A stretch of DNA of 64,000 nucleotides, from IMG/VR virus record IMGVR_UViG_3300048591_000242, positions 128,001 through 192,000 of that record. The stretch is one strand, 5' to 3'. The notes under the pieces were generated by a model, which worked only from the letters and a program-made list of their open reading frames with translations, had not been told where the DNA came from and did not search any database. Below, piece by piece: positions 40,326-50,248 of this stretch (the first letter of the stretch is position 1; each line of letters starts with the position of its first letter). Source of the stretch: a virus (Duplodnaviria > Caudoviricetes). The position numbers and the translations under genes are program-made.

Positions 40326-40449
40326 CTAGATGTATATGCACGCTAGAAAACCTCTAATTTAGCCCACAAGAGGTTTTCTAGTTTTAGCCATACAACCACA
40401 GGCCTTAAAATAAAACGGCTGTAAATGAAAATAAGAAGGAAGCATAAGA

Positions 40450-40839
40450 ATGTCAGTAGATGAAGCTTTTATGTTAAAAATAAAACCTTTACTTAAAAAC
40501 AGAGACGCTCTTTTAGAGATACAACAGTCTATAGATTTAGAGAAGCGAGAAGTAAAACGCTATCTAGATATAGAGACTAGAAAGAACAAGCACCCAGATA
40601 GAGACAGAAACTTGTCTATTCTAAAGGACGACTTAGTTTCTCTAGTAGAAAAAGGAAACTATGTTAGGGAAAAGCTACGTATACTGAAAAAGGAAAGGAC
40701 TACTTTAAACAAAGCTAAAACTCGCGCTCTTAGATTTAATGATGCTTTTGTAGCAGCGGCTGAGCTTTTATTAGATGAGGAGCTATTTCTAGAGTTAGAA
40801 GCTAAGGCAGGTACATTGCTTTCTATAAACGAAAACTAA
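40450..40839 (+). CDS. hypothetical coiled-coil basic protein
   Basis: 129-aa ORF. Confidence 0.7.
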   Translation: MSVDEAFMLKIKPLLKNRDALLEIQQSIDLEKREVKRYLDIETRKNKHPDRDRNLSILKDDLVSLVEKGNYVREKLRILKKERTTLNKAKTRALRFNDAFVAAAELLLDEELFLELEAKAGTLLSINEN

Positions 40840-40967
40840 TAGGCACTATACACTCTAGGTTGTCCTAGAGTGTATAGCCTTATGCTTCTATTCAATTTTT
40901 TTTTCAAATATATATCACCCTTATAGATAAAACTTAAACTTTACGTAGAGGTATAACCTCAAAAGGA

Positions 40968-41324
40968 ATGTTTTCTATGATAGATAAAGTATTGAAAAAG
41001 GTCTTAGTACAAATAGGTAATCTTTCAGATAAAGAAGGAGTTAGTCTTACCGAAGGTATACTGATATATCCAGTAATGGGTATATTAGAATGCTGGGTAG
41101 TAGTATACCCAGAAGGACTATGCCATGCGGTTTATAAAGACGGCTACTACGTAGCTACACTTACGATACCCAAGCAGATGATGGGTAGTTGGGATACTTT
41201 ATTAAAGATAGAGCCTTCTGCTGAGCTAGCTATTCTAATGGAAGCCCTTAATGTGTTAGAGGTAGGGATTACTAATGAAGCCATCTTAAATGAACAGATT
41301 AACAAACTAATGAATAAGGAATAA
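40968..41324 (+). CDS. hypothetical protein, paralog of the next gene
   Basis: Shared L.EGIL....YP.GLC....DG.Y..TL motif. Confidence 0.75.
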   Translation: MFSMIDKVLKKVLVQIGNLSDKEGVSLTEGILIYPVMGILECWVVVYPEGLCHAVYKDGYYVATLTIPKQMMGSWDTLLKIEPSAELAILMEALNVLEVGITNEAILNEQINKLMNKE

Positions 41325-41328
41325 GAAA

Positions 41329-41688
41329 ATGGAAACTAAGTTATCTAAACTAAAAGTAATACTGGAAATAGGGGCTACAGGTGAACCCATAGGTGCTATG
41401 CTATCTGAGGGTATACTGGTACGTAAGGTAGAGACAGAGCAAGACACATACATAGCTGCTTATCCAGACGGACTATGTAAGGTAGTCCTACAGGAAGACG
41501 GTCACTACAAAAGTACCCTAGTACTGTCTAAGCCTTTCTCATTCTGCTGGAATACGCATTTCGGTGTAACAGTAGCAGAAGTAGAAAACGATATGGCTGA
41601 CGTACGGTATCTATATACCGGTATAATCTTTAAGTCTGAGATAGGAGACAGACTACGAGAATTAATGGAGTCTAAATATGCAGCATAA
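41329..41688 (+). CDS. hypothetical protein, paralog of the previous gene
   Basis: Shared motif; ends KYAA. Confidence 0.75.
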   Translation: METKLSKLKVILEIGATGEPIGAMLSEGILVRKVETEQDTYIAAYPDGLCKVVLQEDGHYKSTLVLSKPFSFCWNTHFGVTVAEVENDMADVRYLYTGIIFKSEIGDRLRELMESKYAA

Positions 41689-42113
41689 AACATTACTCTC
41701 AGATTTCGGTCTGAGAGTATTTTCTATATTCTTTATTTTTTGTAAAAAAATCCTAGTAATAAAATACTGGCTAGGAGTTATATGGACATCAGTTTTTCAG
41801 AATTATTTTTCACGTAAACATTGAATGCAATGATGTCGGTTTATTCGTCGGGGCCTTACGCCCCCTCCTCATAAACCTCCCCTCTTTTTACAAATCATCA
41901 GTAAACTGAATTAATTTTTACTAAATTTTGATATGTATGAACATAGTTTTTTAACATAAAAATGAGGTACAAAGTAACTCATTTTCTATACTAAAAATGT
42001 AAGTTTAAATTAAAATATTTTAATAGTATATTTTACCTTTAGTTTAGGTTACTAAACTAAAACAGAGGCAGTATGTTAGTTAACTATTCTAAACCTTTAA
42101 AACAATTAAGCTT

Positions 42114-42173
42114 CTCTTATTCTCACTAAGCAATAACGTGAGTGAGAATAAATAACGTGAGTGAGAATAAGAG
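42114..42173. repeat. 19-bp perfect tandem repeat (x2) with a flanking 14-bp inverted repeat
   Basis: aataacgtgagtgagaata at 42132-42150 and 42151-42169; ctcttattctcact (42114-42127) is complementary to 42160-42173. Confidence 0.9.
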
Positions 42174-42530
42174 AGTATATGTTTGTTTTACTGCAAAAAG
42201 AGAAAAGACTAGTTTTGATTTATATCTAGCCTTATACTTCTACCTGATCTTTAGCGTATGCTTATACTAAAGCGACTAGCGCTACACAAATTGGATTAGG
42301 GCCGTTTTCTGAAACCATATATTAAACCAGTATAAACGTAAACGAGAAGGCTCCTAATCTTCTTATAGAGAGCATATTGGCTATGTACCTATACAAAGGT
42401 ATAGGTAAAATAAACTAAGCTTGTATGGGCTTACAATTAGCTTTAAGAAACATTCAGATATATATCACTTTTATAGAAGAAGACAATACCTGTCTTTACC
42501 TAATAGGGTTTTAAACCCAGGAGATTTAAT

Positions 42531-43103
42531 ATGAATACTGAAACTAATGTAAATGTAGATTCCTTGAATATTTCTGATAGAGATAAAGAGGGATTAAGAG
42601 AAATACAAAATGACTCCGAACTCAGTAATGAGGGAGTTATGGTAGTTCCATTCAAAAACGAATGGATTAGTGGTGATGGTACATTGGCTAATGCTACTGA
42701 GGAGCCAGTACCTCAAGGAAAGATCAGAATATTTGTAGACCCTACTGGTAGAAAGGCTATGCTCATAGGTACCGTAGCTGGTACTATTGTAGTCTATAAC
42801 AAGTATCCTGGTAATAACGAAATAGTGGTTTGTAATTTGCCTAATGGATTTGATCTTGGTATTACGGAGATGCGTGAGGATGATTTGAACTTCTTTGCGT
42901 CATTAGCTACAGAGGAAGAGCTATGCCCATTCAAGGCAAAGGCTTTATATTACATGTGGAAGTTGGAGGACGGCCGTATCGGCGACTACGATTATGACTT
43001 AGAAACGCTGATGAACAAGAAGGACATCGTACCTAGATGGAGTGAGGAGCTAGATGAGTTAGATATAGAAAGACTCATTAGAGCATATTCTTCCGCTAGA
43101 TAA
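42531..43103 (+). CDS. conserved jumbo-phage hypothetical protein
   Basis: VPF.NEW..G.G, D..GR...LIGT..G..VV motif (recall). Confidence 0.75.
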   Translation: MNTETNVNVDSLNISDRDKEGLREIQNDSELSNEGVMVVPFKNEWISGDGTLANATEEPVPQGKIRIFVDPTGRKAMLIGTVAGTIVVYNKYPGNNEIVVCNLPNGFDLGITEMREDDLNFFASLATEEELCPFKAKALYYMWKLEDGRIGDYDYDLETLMNKKDIVPRWSEELDELDIERLIRAYSSAR

Positions 43104-43127
43104 AACAACAGATTAAGGAAACTATTT

Positions 43128-43553
43128 ATGGCTAAACAAACTAAAGGTAAAGTGGAATGGGAATTTGACGTGTTTTTAAGGAGGACAACTAGTTCTATCC
43201 CAATCACCGGCTATTCCGATATAATCAACAAGGCTGTAGTTGTTGCAGAAGTACCAATTGTTGTCAATGAGGCATTTGAGTATATTGCCACTGTGCTTGG
43301 TTCCAATATAGAAGCATCTAAAACTAGTACATTAAGATTATTTTCTGGTAGCGAGCTTCTTACAAGTGAATATGGCGATTCTTTCCGGGCACGGGTACTT
43401 GAAAAACTAACACCTTTCTATACGGGTCGTCTAGATGTTGCCTATGACACTTACATCCATGTGCCATATCTAATGAGTAGGATGAGCCATTTGTATCCAC
43501 CAGGATATCAGAATCCTGGCTATCAAAATAGATATGGTAGCCCACTTGGTTAG
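43128..43553 (+). CDS. hypothetical protein
   Basis: 141-aa ORF with AGGA RBS. Confidence 0.7.
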   Translation: MAKQTKGKVEWEFDVFLRRTTSSIPITGYSDIINKAVVVAEVPIVVNEAFEYIATVLGSNIEASKTSTLRLFSGSELLTSEYGDSFRARVLEKLTPFYTGRLDVAYDTYIHVPYLMSRMSHLYPPGYQNPGYQNRYGSPLG

Positions 43554-43637
43554 TGCTGTAGTTAGAATAAGAGGGGCTTCCCTCTTATTTTTTTTAATTA
43601 AATGCTATGGATTAAACATTTAAATTAGGAATTAGTT

Positions 43638-44483
43638 ATGGCGTTTTGGTCGGATTTAAGAATAGCAGTTAAGGAAATGCGGTATATCAAATATCTCTCT
43701 TGGTCTAATAGAGGGGATGGTCCTTATATGAACTGGCCTGAAGATAAACAGGTGATACGGGGCTTTAGAGGTACTATAGCTGGCATACTAAGTGCCTTTG
43801 TAGGGGATCACTCTAATAAGCCAGTCAGTGCTCCTTTAATAGCCAACAAGTACATGGACAATTATAAGGAAGACGAGATTTGGATTTTTGTAAACGGTAT
43901 TATGACAGATACCGATATTTTGAAGAATAACGGCGAGGCTTTAAATTACATATTTAGAAGGCCTATCCATCTTTATCATAATCCTACTCGTGGCTTTATA
44001 AATGACATAGCTGAGGTTATGTTTGAGCGTACCTTTGAAGGGGTAAGTGACATTACCAGACAGATCTATGTTAGAGTATTAGCACTTTTAAACTCCGGTA
44101 CAAAGGTTAGGCTTATCGGCCACAGTCAGGGTACCATTATTCTAAGCGCAGTAATGGATTTACTTTTAGAGGCTAATGTAGTATTAGCAGAAGGAGACCT
44201 AGAGGTCTACTGTTTAGCAGGAGCTGATCGTAGAATGGCGGTACCTAAAAATACACACATTGAGTCCTTTGCCAATGAGCTAGACTATGTGGCACGCATA
44301 GGTACTTTAGCTCACGATATGCATGTGGCTGGGCCTACCTATATTCGTAAAGGAGCTACTGGACACTTATTAAACTGTCACTATTTACCTGGTTTGGTAA
44401 GGGGCTCATTTGGTACTGAGAATAAGCTGTTTGATTATGTAGATCCAAAGGTGTTTATTGACTTAGAATTATCTAATAGATAA
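43638..44483 (+). CDS. alpha/beta hydrolase (lipase/esterase-like)
   Basis: FVNGI oxyanion region, IGHSQG nucleophile elbow, ANELD, late His. Confidence 0.8.
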   Translation: MAFWSDLRIAVKEMRYIKYLSWSNRGDGPYMNWPEDKQVIRGFRGTIAGILSAFVGDHSNKPVSAPLIANKYMDNYKEDEIWIFVNGIMTDTDILKNNGEALNYIFRRPIHLYHNPTRGFINDIAEVMFERTFEGVSDITRQIYVRVLALLNSGTKVRLIGHSQGTIILSAVMDLLLEANVVLAEGDLEVYCLAGADRRMAVPKNTHIESFANELDYVARIGTLAHDMHVAGPTYIRKGATGHLLNCHYLPGLVRGSFGTENKLFDYVDPKVFIDLELSNR

Positions 44484-44488
44484 AACTC

Positions 44489-44526
44489 TATACCCTAGGG
44501 CCAGTGCCCTAGGGTATATATGCCGT
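44489..44526 (+). terminator. hairpin plus TATGCCGT motif
   Basis: tataccctaggg-ccagtg-ccctagggtata, then tatgccgt. Confidence 0.7.
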
Positions 44527-44560
44527 TATTTTTTAATTAATTAAAGTATTTAGTTAAATT

Positions 44561-45145
44561 ATGAATCTTAATAAAAACGTAAGAAAGGAATATACTAAAA
44601 TGAAAGAAAATAAATTTCCAGAATTAATGAGTCCTAGATACTTCATACTCGGCTTCGGACGAGCAGGGAAAGACTCCGTAGCTGAGATGTTAGTAAAAAA
44701 GTTAAACTACAACATGGCTGCTTCTAGTTGGATTTGTGCTAATGAGTTTATCTTTGATAGGCTAAAGAATACCTTTGGATATAAGACGGTAGATGAGTGC
44801 TTCAGGGACAGGCATAGAAATCAGGAAATGCGCGACCTGTGGCATAACCTAATATTTGAATATAACCAAAATGACTTAACTAGATTAAGTAAACTTATAT
44901 TCAAACACAACAACATCTATGTCGGTATAAGAAAAGATGTAGAGCTGTTGGCTGCACAAGAAATAGGTTTAGCGGATCACTACATCTGGGTAGAGGCAGG
45001 GGATAGGATAGAGCCTGAGCCCATTACAAGCATGAATGTTACTAAAGACATGGCTGACTATGTTTTAGATAATACTGGCCCTGAAGAGCATTTAGAGGCT
45101 ATGGTAGATATGATGATAAATGATTTAAACCTACAGCCTATGTAA
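44561..45145 (+). CDS. deoxynucleoside monophosphate kinase-like P-loop protein (start may be downstream)
   Basis: GFGRAGKDSVA, GIRK..EL, WVEA and D.VLDN motifs. Confidence 0.75.
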   Translation: MNLNKNVRKEYTKMKENKFPELMSPRYFILGFGRAGKDSVAEMLVKKLNYNMAASSWICANEFIFDRLKNTFGYKTVDECFRDRHRNQEMRDLWHNLIFEYNQNDLTRLSKLIFKHNNIYVGIRKDVELLAAQEIGLADHYIWVEAGDRIEPEPITSMNVTKDMADYVLDNTGPEEHLEAMVDMMINDLNLQPM

Positions 45146-45349
45146 ATTGTCTCAGCTAACCTTCAGGTATATATAACCGTTATAGAAGACAGATGTTGTC
45201 TTCTATATCCAATAAAGCTTTATAGGTCTGGATAATGTTTTTGTAAAAGGCATACAAGCGGGTTGGGTTGACACACTAACCGAAGATGAGTTGGCTTTAA
45301 TAAGGTCGGCTTACCTTAAAGTATAAATTTAATTTACCTGGAGTAAAAC

Positions 45350-45601
45350 ATGTCTAAGTTAAACCCTAATGAGGTAGAGGTTGTTAAATTTGGTACAGTA
45401 GTAGTTGAAAACAAATATGATCTTCTACGTACCATGTTAAATGACGTACTTGTAGAGCTTAATAAAATACCATCTAATGAGCAAAGAGAAGAGATTGGTA
45501 TCAAGTTAGCTGGCGGTATAATTACCTTAAGTAAAAACCCAACCCTAAGAACCTTTCCGGCTTTTGAGAAAATAGTAGACGCTAAGGTTATTATTAAATA
45601 A
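45350..45601 (+). CDS. hypothetical protein
   Basis: GGAG RBS, 83 aa. Confidence 0.65.
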   Translation: MSKLNPNEVEVVKFGTVVVENKYDLLRTMLNDVLVELNKIPSNEQREEIGIKLAGGIITLSKNPTLRTFPAFEKIVDAKVIIK

Positions 45602-45613
45602 AGCATAAAGCAC

Positions 45614-45644
45614 AGCTAGACTAGGGGATTCCCCTAGTCTAGCT
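45614..45644. terminator. bidirectional hairpin
   Basis: agctagactaggg-gattc-ccctagtctagct between convergent genes. Confidence 0.75.
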
Positions 45645-45654
45645 TGTTTATTTT

Positions 45655-46134
45655 TTACATTCTATTACCTAAAGCACTCATCAGCCCTTCCAAATCATCC
45701 ATCTCGTTCATCTCTGTAGTAGTAAGTGCCCTACAGGAATTAACTACAATCTTAAAGGTTTCGGTGGGCAGGTTCATAAGCTCTAATAAAGACATGTTGG
45801 TTTTTTGAGGAACCTTATACTTTAATAGCATTCTTATTTGATTTGCTCCGGTAGAATGTTTAATGTTAGAAGAAAACTCGTTGTGTGTGGCCAGGGGATA
45901 CGGATTGTTAGGATCTGTATTATCGTGGTCATATACATCGAGTATAGTCTCTATACGCTCTATAGAAAGCATTCTGTCTAGAACACCACTGTGGGTATTA
46001 GGGTGTTCTAATAAGCCCTTTAATAAAGCCAGTCTTTGTTTTTCAGTGGGACTATAGGCTGGCGATATAATTGGTTTTACAGTATAGGGCTTTACAGTGC
46101 CATCTGGGCTGTAGCGATTCGTCCCAATCGCCAC
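45655..46134 (-). CDS. conserved core hypothetical protein
   Basis: Y.V......SL.E.MNLP motif; coupled to the upstream gene. Confidence 0.65.
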   Translation of the reverse strand: MAIGTNRYSPDGTVKPYTVKPIISPAYSPTEKQRLALLKGLLEHPNTHSGVLDRMLSIERIETILDVYDHDNTDPNNPYPLATHNEFSSNIKHSTGANQIRMLLKYKVPQKTNMSLLELMNLPTETFKIVVNSCRALTTTEMNEMDDLEGLMSALGNRM

Positions 46135-47603
46135 GCCATTATGGTAAAAAAATAGCTCACCATATCCATAGGAATAAGACCATGCTTAGCTTCTTCACCA
46201 GTTACCTGACTAGTGCCGCAGCTAGGGCACTTAAAGTTGGGTATACCGGTAAAAGAAACCTGTGTATCGGTCTTGTACTCATTCACAGACTCGGTAGCTA
46301 AATTAACCAGTTTTTCGTTTTGTGCGATTTCTTCCATTAAACCAAAGATAGTTTTAATGTCAGTTACTACTACTACGTCATCGCTTTCTAAATCTAAACC
46401 GTACTGAATGGATTTAATCCAGGGGGCATGTTTTTGGAAACGTAAGATATACTCATAATCCTTAATAAAGTCACGACGCTTAGCTGCACGTGTTTTATTG
46501 TCAGCACCATTTACTGCCTTCATGGCTTTCTCTACCATATCGGTAATGCCAGCTATCCAGTATAACCCAGTGCTCTCGTATCGCTTAAGGTTAGGTTGCT
46601 GATAAGATAAACGCAGCTTAGCTTCCCCTAGTTCTAATACCTCACTTAAGTTATCAGTACTATTAAAGCTTGCCTGATAGCTAAGAATAGACTCTTTGCT
46701 ACGGCTACCCATGGCAGAAGACATGTGGCGTTTAGCTTCCAGACTTACGCGGTTAGTATCTACCCAGACAGTACGGTTAAACTTCAATAAAGAATCCGGA
46801 GTAAACTCCAAATTACCTATTTCCATTTTAACACCACCTTTATAATCACACTTATCTGTGCCACTATTAATGCAGTGTTTTTCGGTAGGATAACCAGACG
46901 GGTAAATAGAATCCAAAGAACCAGCTAACATAGAGGGTACATCGGATACTAAAATAAGTTCCTTTAACGTAGCTTTATCACCTTGTATCCAGTCTTTTAC
47001 GTTGGTAGCTATAACGTGATCTAGTACGAAGTCTACTACCTCCATTACTAGATTTACGTCATTACCAGAAAATAGGAACCCTTGTGTGGCGTAACCTAGC
47101 TCCATACGTTGCTCGTTTAAAGTATGGTTTAGAGAAAGCATCTCACTTTCTTTAAAGTTACCTACAGTTAATACTACACCGCTATGCCATAAAGGTATCT
47201 TAGTAGGTCGACCGACACCCATCATGTTTTGTAGCGCTATAATGGCACTAGCTCCGGTAGTAGCAGATTTATTGCTCATCTGCTGACCTTGTATGCGGAT
47301 AGGGCCACTTTCAGAATCTACCGTTTGATTAAACGCCGCTCCTTCCTTGACAAATAGGCTACTATACTCCCCACGTAACCAATGTCCAGTATAGATAGAC
47401 TTTAACTTACTACTATACTCCTTAATGGCAGCTATAGCGTCGTCTTCATCCAACTTACCCATTACTTCTTTTGTATATTCAGTAATAAGTTCACCGATTT
47501 CTTTTACTGTAGTTTCCGACATAGGTACCGGTACAGTCCAGTCTTTTACTAGAGCTATGCTGTCCTCTATGGATTCAAACGGACTAGTGTAATTGTTAGA
47601 CAT
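46092..47603 (-). CDS. conserved core protein (phiKZ gp77-like position) with C-terminal CPSCG
   Basis: P.WHSG...T, YP.G......C, GIPNFKCPSCG and P.D.V..FF motifs. Confidence 0.7.
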   Translation of the reverse strand: MSNNYTSPFESIEDSIALVKDWTVPVPMSETTVKEIGELITEYTKEVMGKLDEDDAIAAIKEYSSKLKSIYTGHWLRGEYSSLFVKEGAAFNQTVDSESGPIRIQGQQMSNKSATTGASAIIALQNMMGVGRPTKIPLWHSGVVLTVGNFKESEMLSLNHTLNEQRMELGYATQGFLFSGNDVNLVMEVVDFVLDHVIATNVKDWIQGDKATLKELILVSDVPSMLAGSLDSIYPSGYPTEKHCINSGTDKCDYKGGVKMEIGNLEFTPDSLLKFNRTVWVDTNRVSLEAKRHMSSAMGSRSKESILSYQASFNSTDNLSEVLELGEAKLRLSYQQPNLKRYESTGLYWIAGITDMVEKAMKAVNGADNKTRAAKRRDFIKDYEYILRFQKHAPWIKSIQYGLDLESDDVVVVTDIKTIFGLMEEIAQNEKLVNLATESVNEYKTDTQVSFTGIPNFKCPSCGTSQVTGEEAKHGLIPMDMVSYFFTIMAWRLGRIATAQMAL

Positions 47604-48021
47604 TTTGCTTTTTCCTCTCATCGTGTTCTAATGACATGCTGGTTAGTATTGAAAATGGCTCAATTAACTTACCGGGTAATTCTTCATTTAATAAAACCAA
47701 ATTACTGTAGGCTACATAGTAATGTGGAAACTGATCTTCCGTTACGGTAACTTTAGTTTCCGTAGGTAACGTATTAGCTATTTCTTTTAATTCATTTTTA
47801 AGTGGCACTATAGCCTTTACTATTAAATCTATACAGCCTTTAGCTGAGTCTCCGCATTCAGCCATAAACTCAGAGTTTTCTTTAAGTTTTAAAACACCCA
47901 GTGCGGTGCTTCTAATGATACCGTCGATGCATTTAGCTAAATCTATAGCATCGTCCCAGGTAGCCTGTGGTTTAGGGGCAGGTTTCTTTTTCTTTATAAC
48001 TCTTTTCTTTTTAACCGACAT
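47596..48021 (-). CDS. hypothetical protein with basic N-terminus
   Basis: 141-aa ORF overlapping the next gene. Confidence 0.7.
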   Translation of the reverse strand: MSVKKKRVIKKKKPAPKPQATWDDAIDLAKCIDGIIRSTALGVLKLKENSEFMAECGDSAKGCIDLIVKAIVPLKNELKEIANTLPTETKVTVTEDQFPHYYVAYSNLVLLNEELPGKLIEPFSILTSMSLEHDERKKQNV

Positions 48022-48152
48022 ACATGCTCTTCCTATAGTACTGGGGGTGTTTGTTTTGAATTCACATACTGTTATATGTGCTTGTGTATTTTTAATCTAT
48101 ACCTGTCGGGTGGATAGTATATAAGAAACCAATAAATAAAGGGTATATACCG

Positions 48153-48965
48153 ATGGTACCGCAAACTCTAATAGACATATCTTCATTTACACCAGCCACT
48201 GAACTTAGTCTATATGTAGATATAGAAAAAACATTGTTTAAGCTTAACTATACTGATCACCTGGTAGGACTGGATAACTCTGTAGGCGGAGAGAGTTTAA
48301 CTAGCAATGACATTATAGCTAACATCCGCTCCGTCTATACCGAGACACTGGAAGATGTTTTAGAGCAACACGGCATTTTACTAAACGAAGAAGAAACCGT
48401 ACCCCTTAGATTTATGCTAGCTCTGGTAGACGCTATATTAGTATTAGCCGATGGCGACATAGCGGACATAGTAGCCTCTATAGATCTAGAAGAGGCAGAC
48501 GATTTGACTATTTTAGGTACCTTAATTACTGAGGTGAGTGAATTGGATCTGGGAGATATTTACAAATATCTATCTGAGGTGGACTCTGGTTTAATTAAAA
48601 AGATAGCCGCTTCCGTGGTAATAGAGGAAGACTCGTCTAATTCTGATTACTACAAACAAAGGTATTTGGCTTATGTAGGGGAAAGGCGACATGGAGTGGT
48701 AAAAGACTTTATATCCAAAAGAGGCACCCTACCTTTAGACTTTATTTTCTCAGTAACTGCACTAAAGGACAAGCTTTCTGAAATAACTGATATAGAGGAG
48801 TTAGCCTTTGAGTACATTTCACTGTTTAATGCCTCAGATTTAAACACAGAAGACTTCGTATCGGTAGGCTTAAAAGCAATAGAAGACAGCACTGAGGTAT
48901 CCTTATTTATACCGCTGTCAAACAGAATTACTACATATGTAAGGGAGCTAACAAATGGCCAGTAA
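48153..48965 (+). CDS. acidic conserved protein (phiKZ gp79-like position)
   Basis: Coupled to the vRNAP subunit gene. Confidence 0.65.
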   Translation: MVPQTLIDISSFTPATELSLYVDIEKTLFKLNYTDHLVGLDNSVGGESLTSNDIIANIRSVYTETLEDVLEQHGILLNEEETVPLRFMLALVDAILVLADGDIADIVASIDLEEADDLTILGTLITEVSELDLGDIYKYLSEVDSGLIKKIAASVVIEEDSSNSDYYKQRYLAYVGERRHGVVKDFISKRGTLPLDFIFSVTALKDKLSEITDIEELAFEYISLFNASDLNTEDFVSVGLKAIEDSTEVSLFIPLSNRITTYVRELTNGQ

Positions 48966-50229
48966 GTATGAGTATTTTAAGTTAGCACACTCTTTAGGTT
49001 GCACTAAGGAGAGATATTGGGTAATGAGAGTATTCTCCATGCCCACTACTACTAGAAAGCATAGCCATTCTTTAGACACCCCTGGCTATATTTTCTATAA
49101 TGAACTAGAAGTGCCTTTGTTTATAAATGCAGAGGGTAAGCCGGAAACTATAGATGACTATAAACCAGGTGAGCCTATATACGGCATAAAGGAAAAAGTA
49201 GTTATTTCTAAGGGCGACTTTACTATAGCCGATAGCGATTACGATAGTTTTTATAGTACACTCTACTTAAACCTTATTCTGCTGGAATACGCGTTTGGTA
49301 ATATCTTCCCATATCACAATGGCAAATTTAGCGCCAAACAGTTAGATACTTTAATCGGTGCCGCTCTTAAAAACGGTACTATTACAGTAGCTCAATATCG
49401 TGAATACTCCAAGACCTTAGGTTTTATAACGTGTCTTTCTACCGTAGCACTACCTGCCGCTTCTAGGAAGTCCATTATACCCCCGGCCGATATTACCAAA
49501 ATACGAGATAAGTTACTGGCTGAACATAAAGAACAGTTAGATGATCCTGTAGTAGTGGCTAAGATAGAAAAGCAGTTGGTGGATATTTACAAAGACTATA
49601 TAAAAGGTGATATTTCAGAAGGTTTCTTCTTAGACGAAAAGATTTATTCGGTAGTACTTAAGAAGTCATACATAATGCTTGGCTCTGAACCTAAGTTAGA
49701 AGATCCGAATAAGATTAACTTATCGGTTACTTCTCTTAAAGAGGGCTGGCAGGTTAAGGACTTACCCATGATAGCTAACTCACTTAGAATGGGGTCGTAT
49801 AACCGAGGGGCTGCTACTGCTTTAGGCGGTGAGGCAGCTAAGTTTTCTAGTCGTATATACCAGAATACTAAACTTATACCTGGGGACTGCGGCTCTACTG
49901 TAGGCATACCGGTAAATGTAAACAAGTATAACGTTGACTCATTTAACGGCAGAGCTATGCTTGTAAACGGAAAGCCAGTTTACCTAAATAAAGGTGACCT
50001 AGCTAAGCACTTAGGTAAAACCGTATACATGCGTTCCCCACAAACATGTAATACACCTAGCGGTGATTTTTGTGAGGTGTGTATGGGCAAGGAGGTAACT
50101 GAGGTAGGCTTAGGCTTAGGCCCACAGGCGTCTGCGGTAGGCAGTGTGTTCCTGTCGCAATCGTTAGCAGCTATGCATGGTACGAGTCTTTCTTTAGAGC
50201 CTATAGACCTAGAAAATTCAATGGATTAA
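48955..50229 (+). CDS. virion RNA polymerase beta-prime middle subunit (phiKZ gp80-like)
   Basis: SLKEGW, GSYNRG..TA.GGE.AK, DCG, RSPQTC..C.VCMG and AAMHG motifs. Confidence 0.88.
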   Translation: MASKYEYFKLAHSLGCTKERYWVMRVFSMPTTTRKHSHSLDTPGYIFYNELEVPLFINAEGKPETIDDYKPGEPIYGIKEKVVISKGDFTIADSDYDSFYSTLYLNLILLEYAFGNIFPYHNGKFSAKQLDTLIGAALKNGTITVAQYREYSKTLGFITCLSTVALPAASRKSIIPPADITKIRDKLLAEHKEQLDDPVVVAKIEKQLVDIYKDYIKGDISEGFFLDEKIYSVVLKKSYIMLGSEPKLEDPNKINLSVTSLKEGWQVKDLPMIANSLRMGSYNRGAATALGGEAAKFSSRIYQNTKLIPGDCGSTVGIPVNVNKYNVDSFNGRAMLVNGKPVYLNKGDLAKHLGKTVYMRSPQTCNTPSGDFCEVCMGKEVTEVGLGLGPQASAVGSVFLSQSLAAMHGTSLSLEPIDLENSMD

Positions 50230-50248
50230 TAAAACACCATGCATTCTT

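Noticed and set aside
42132-42169. CRISPR-like repeat
   Set aside because: Only two abutting copies, no spacer and no cas genes.
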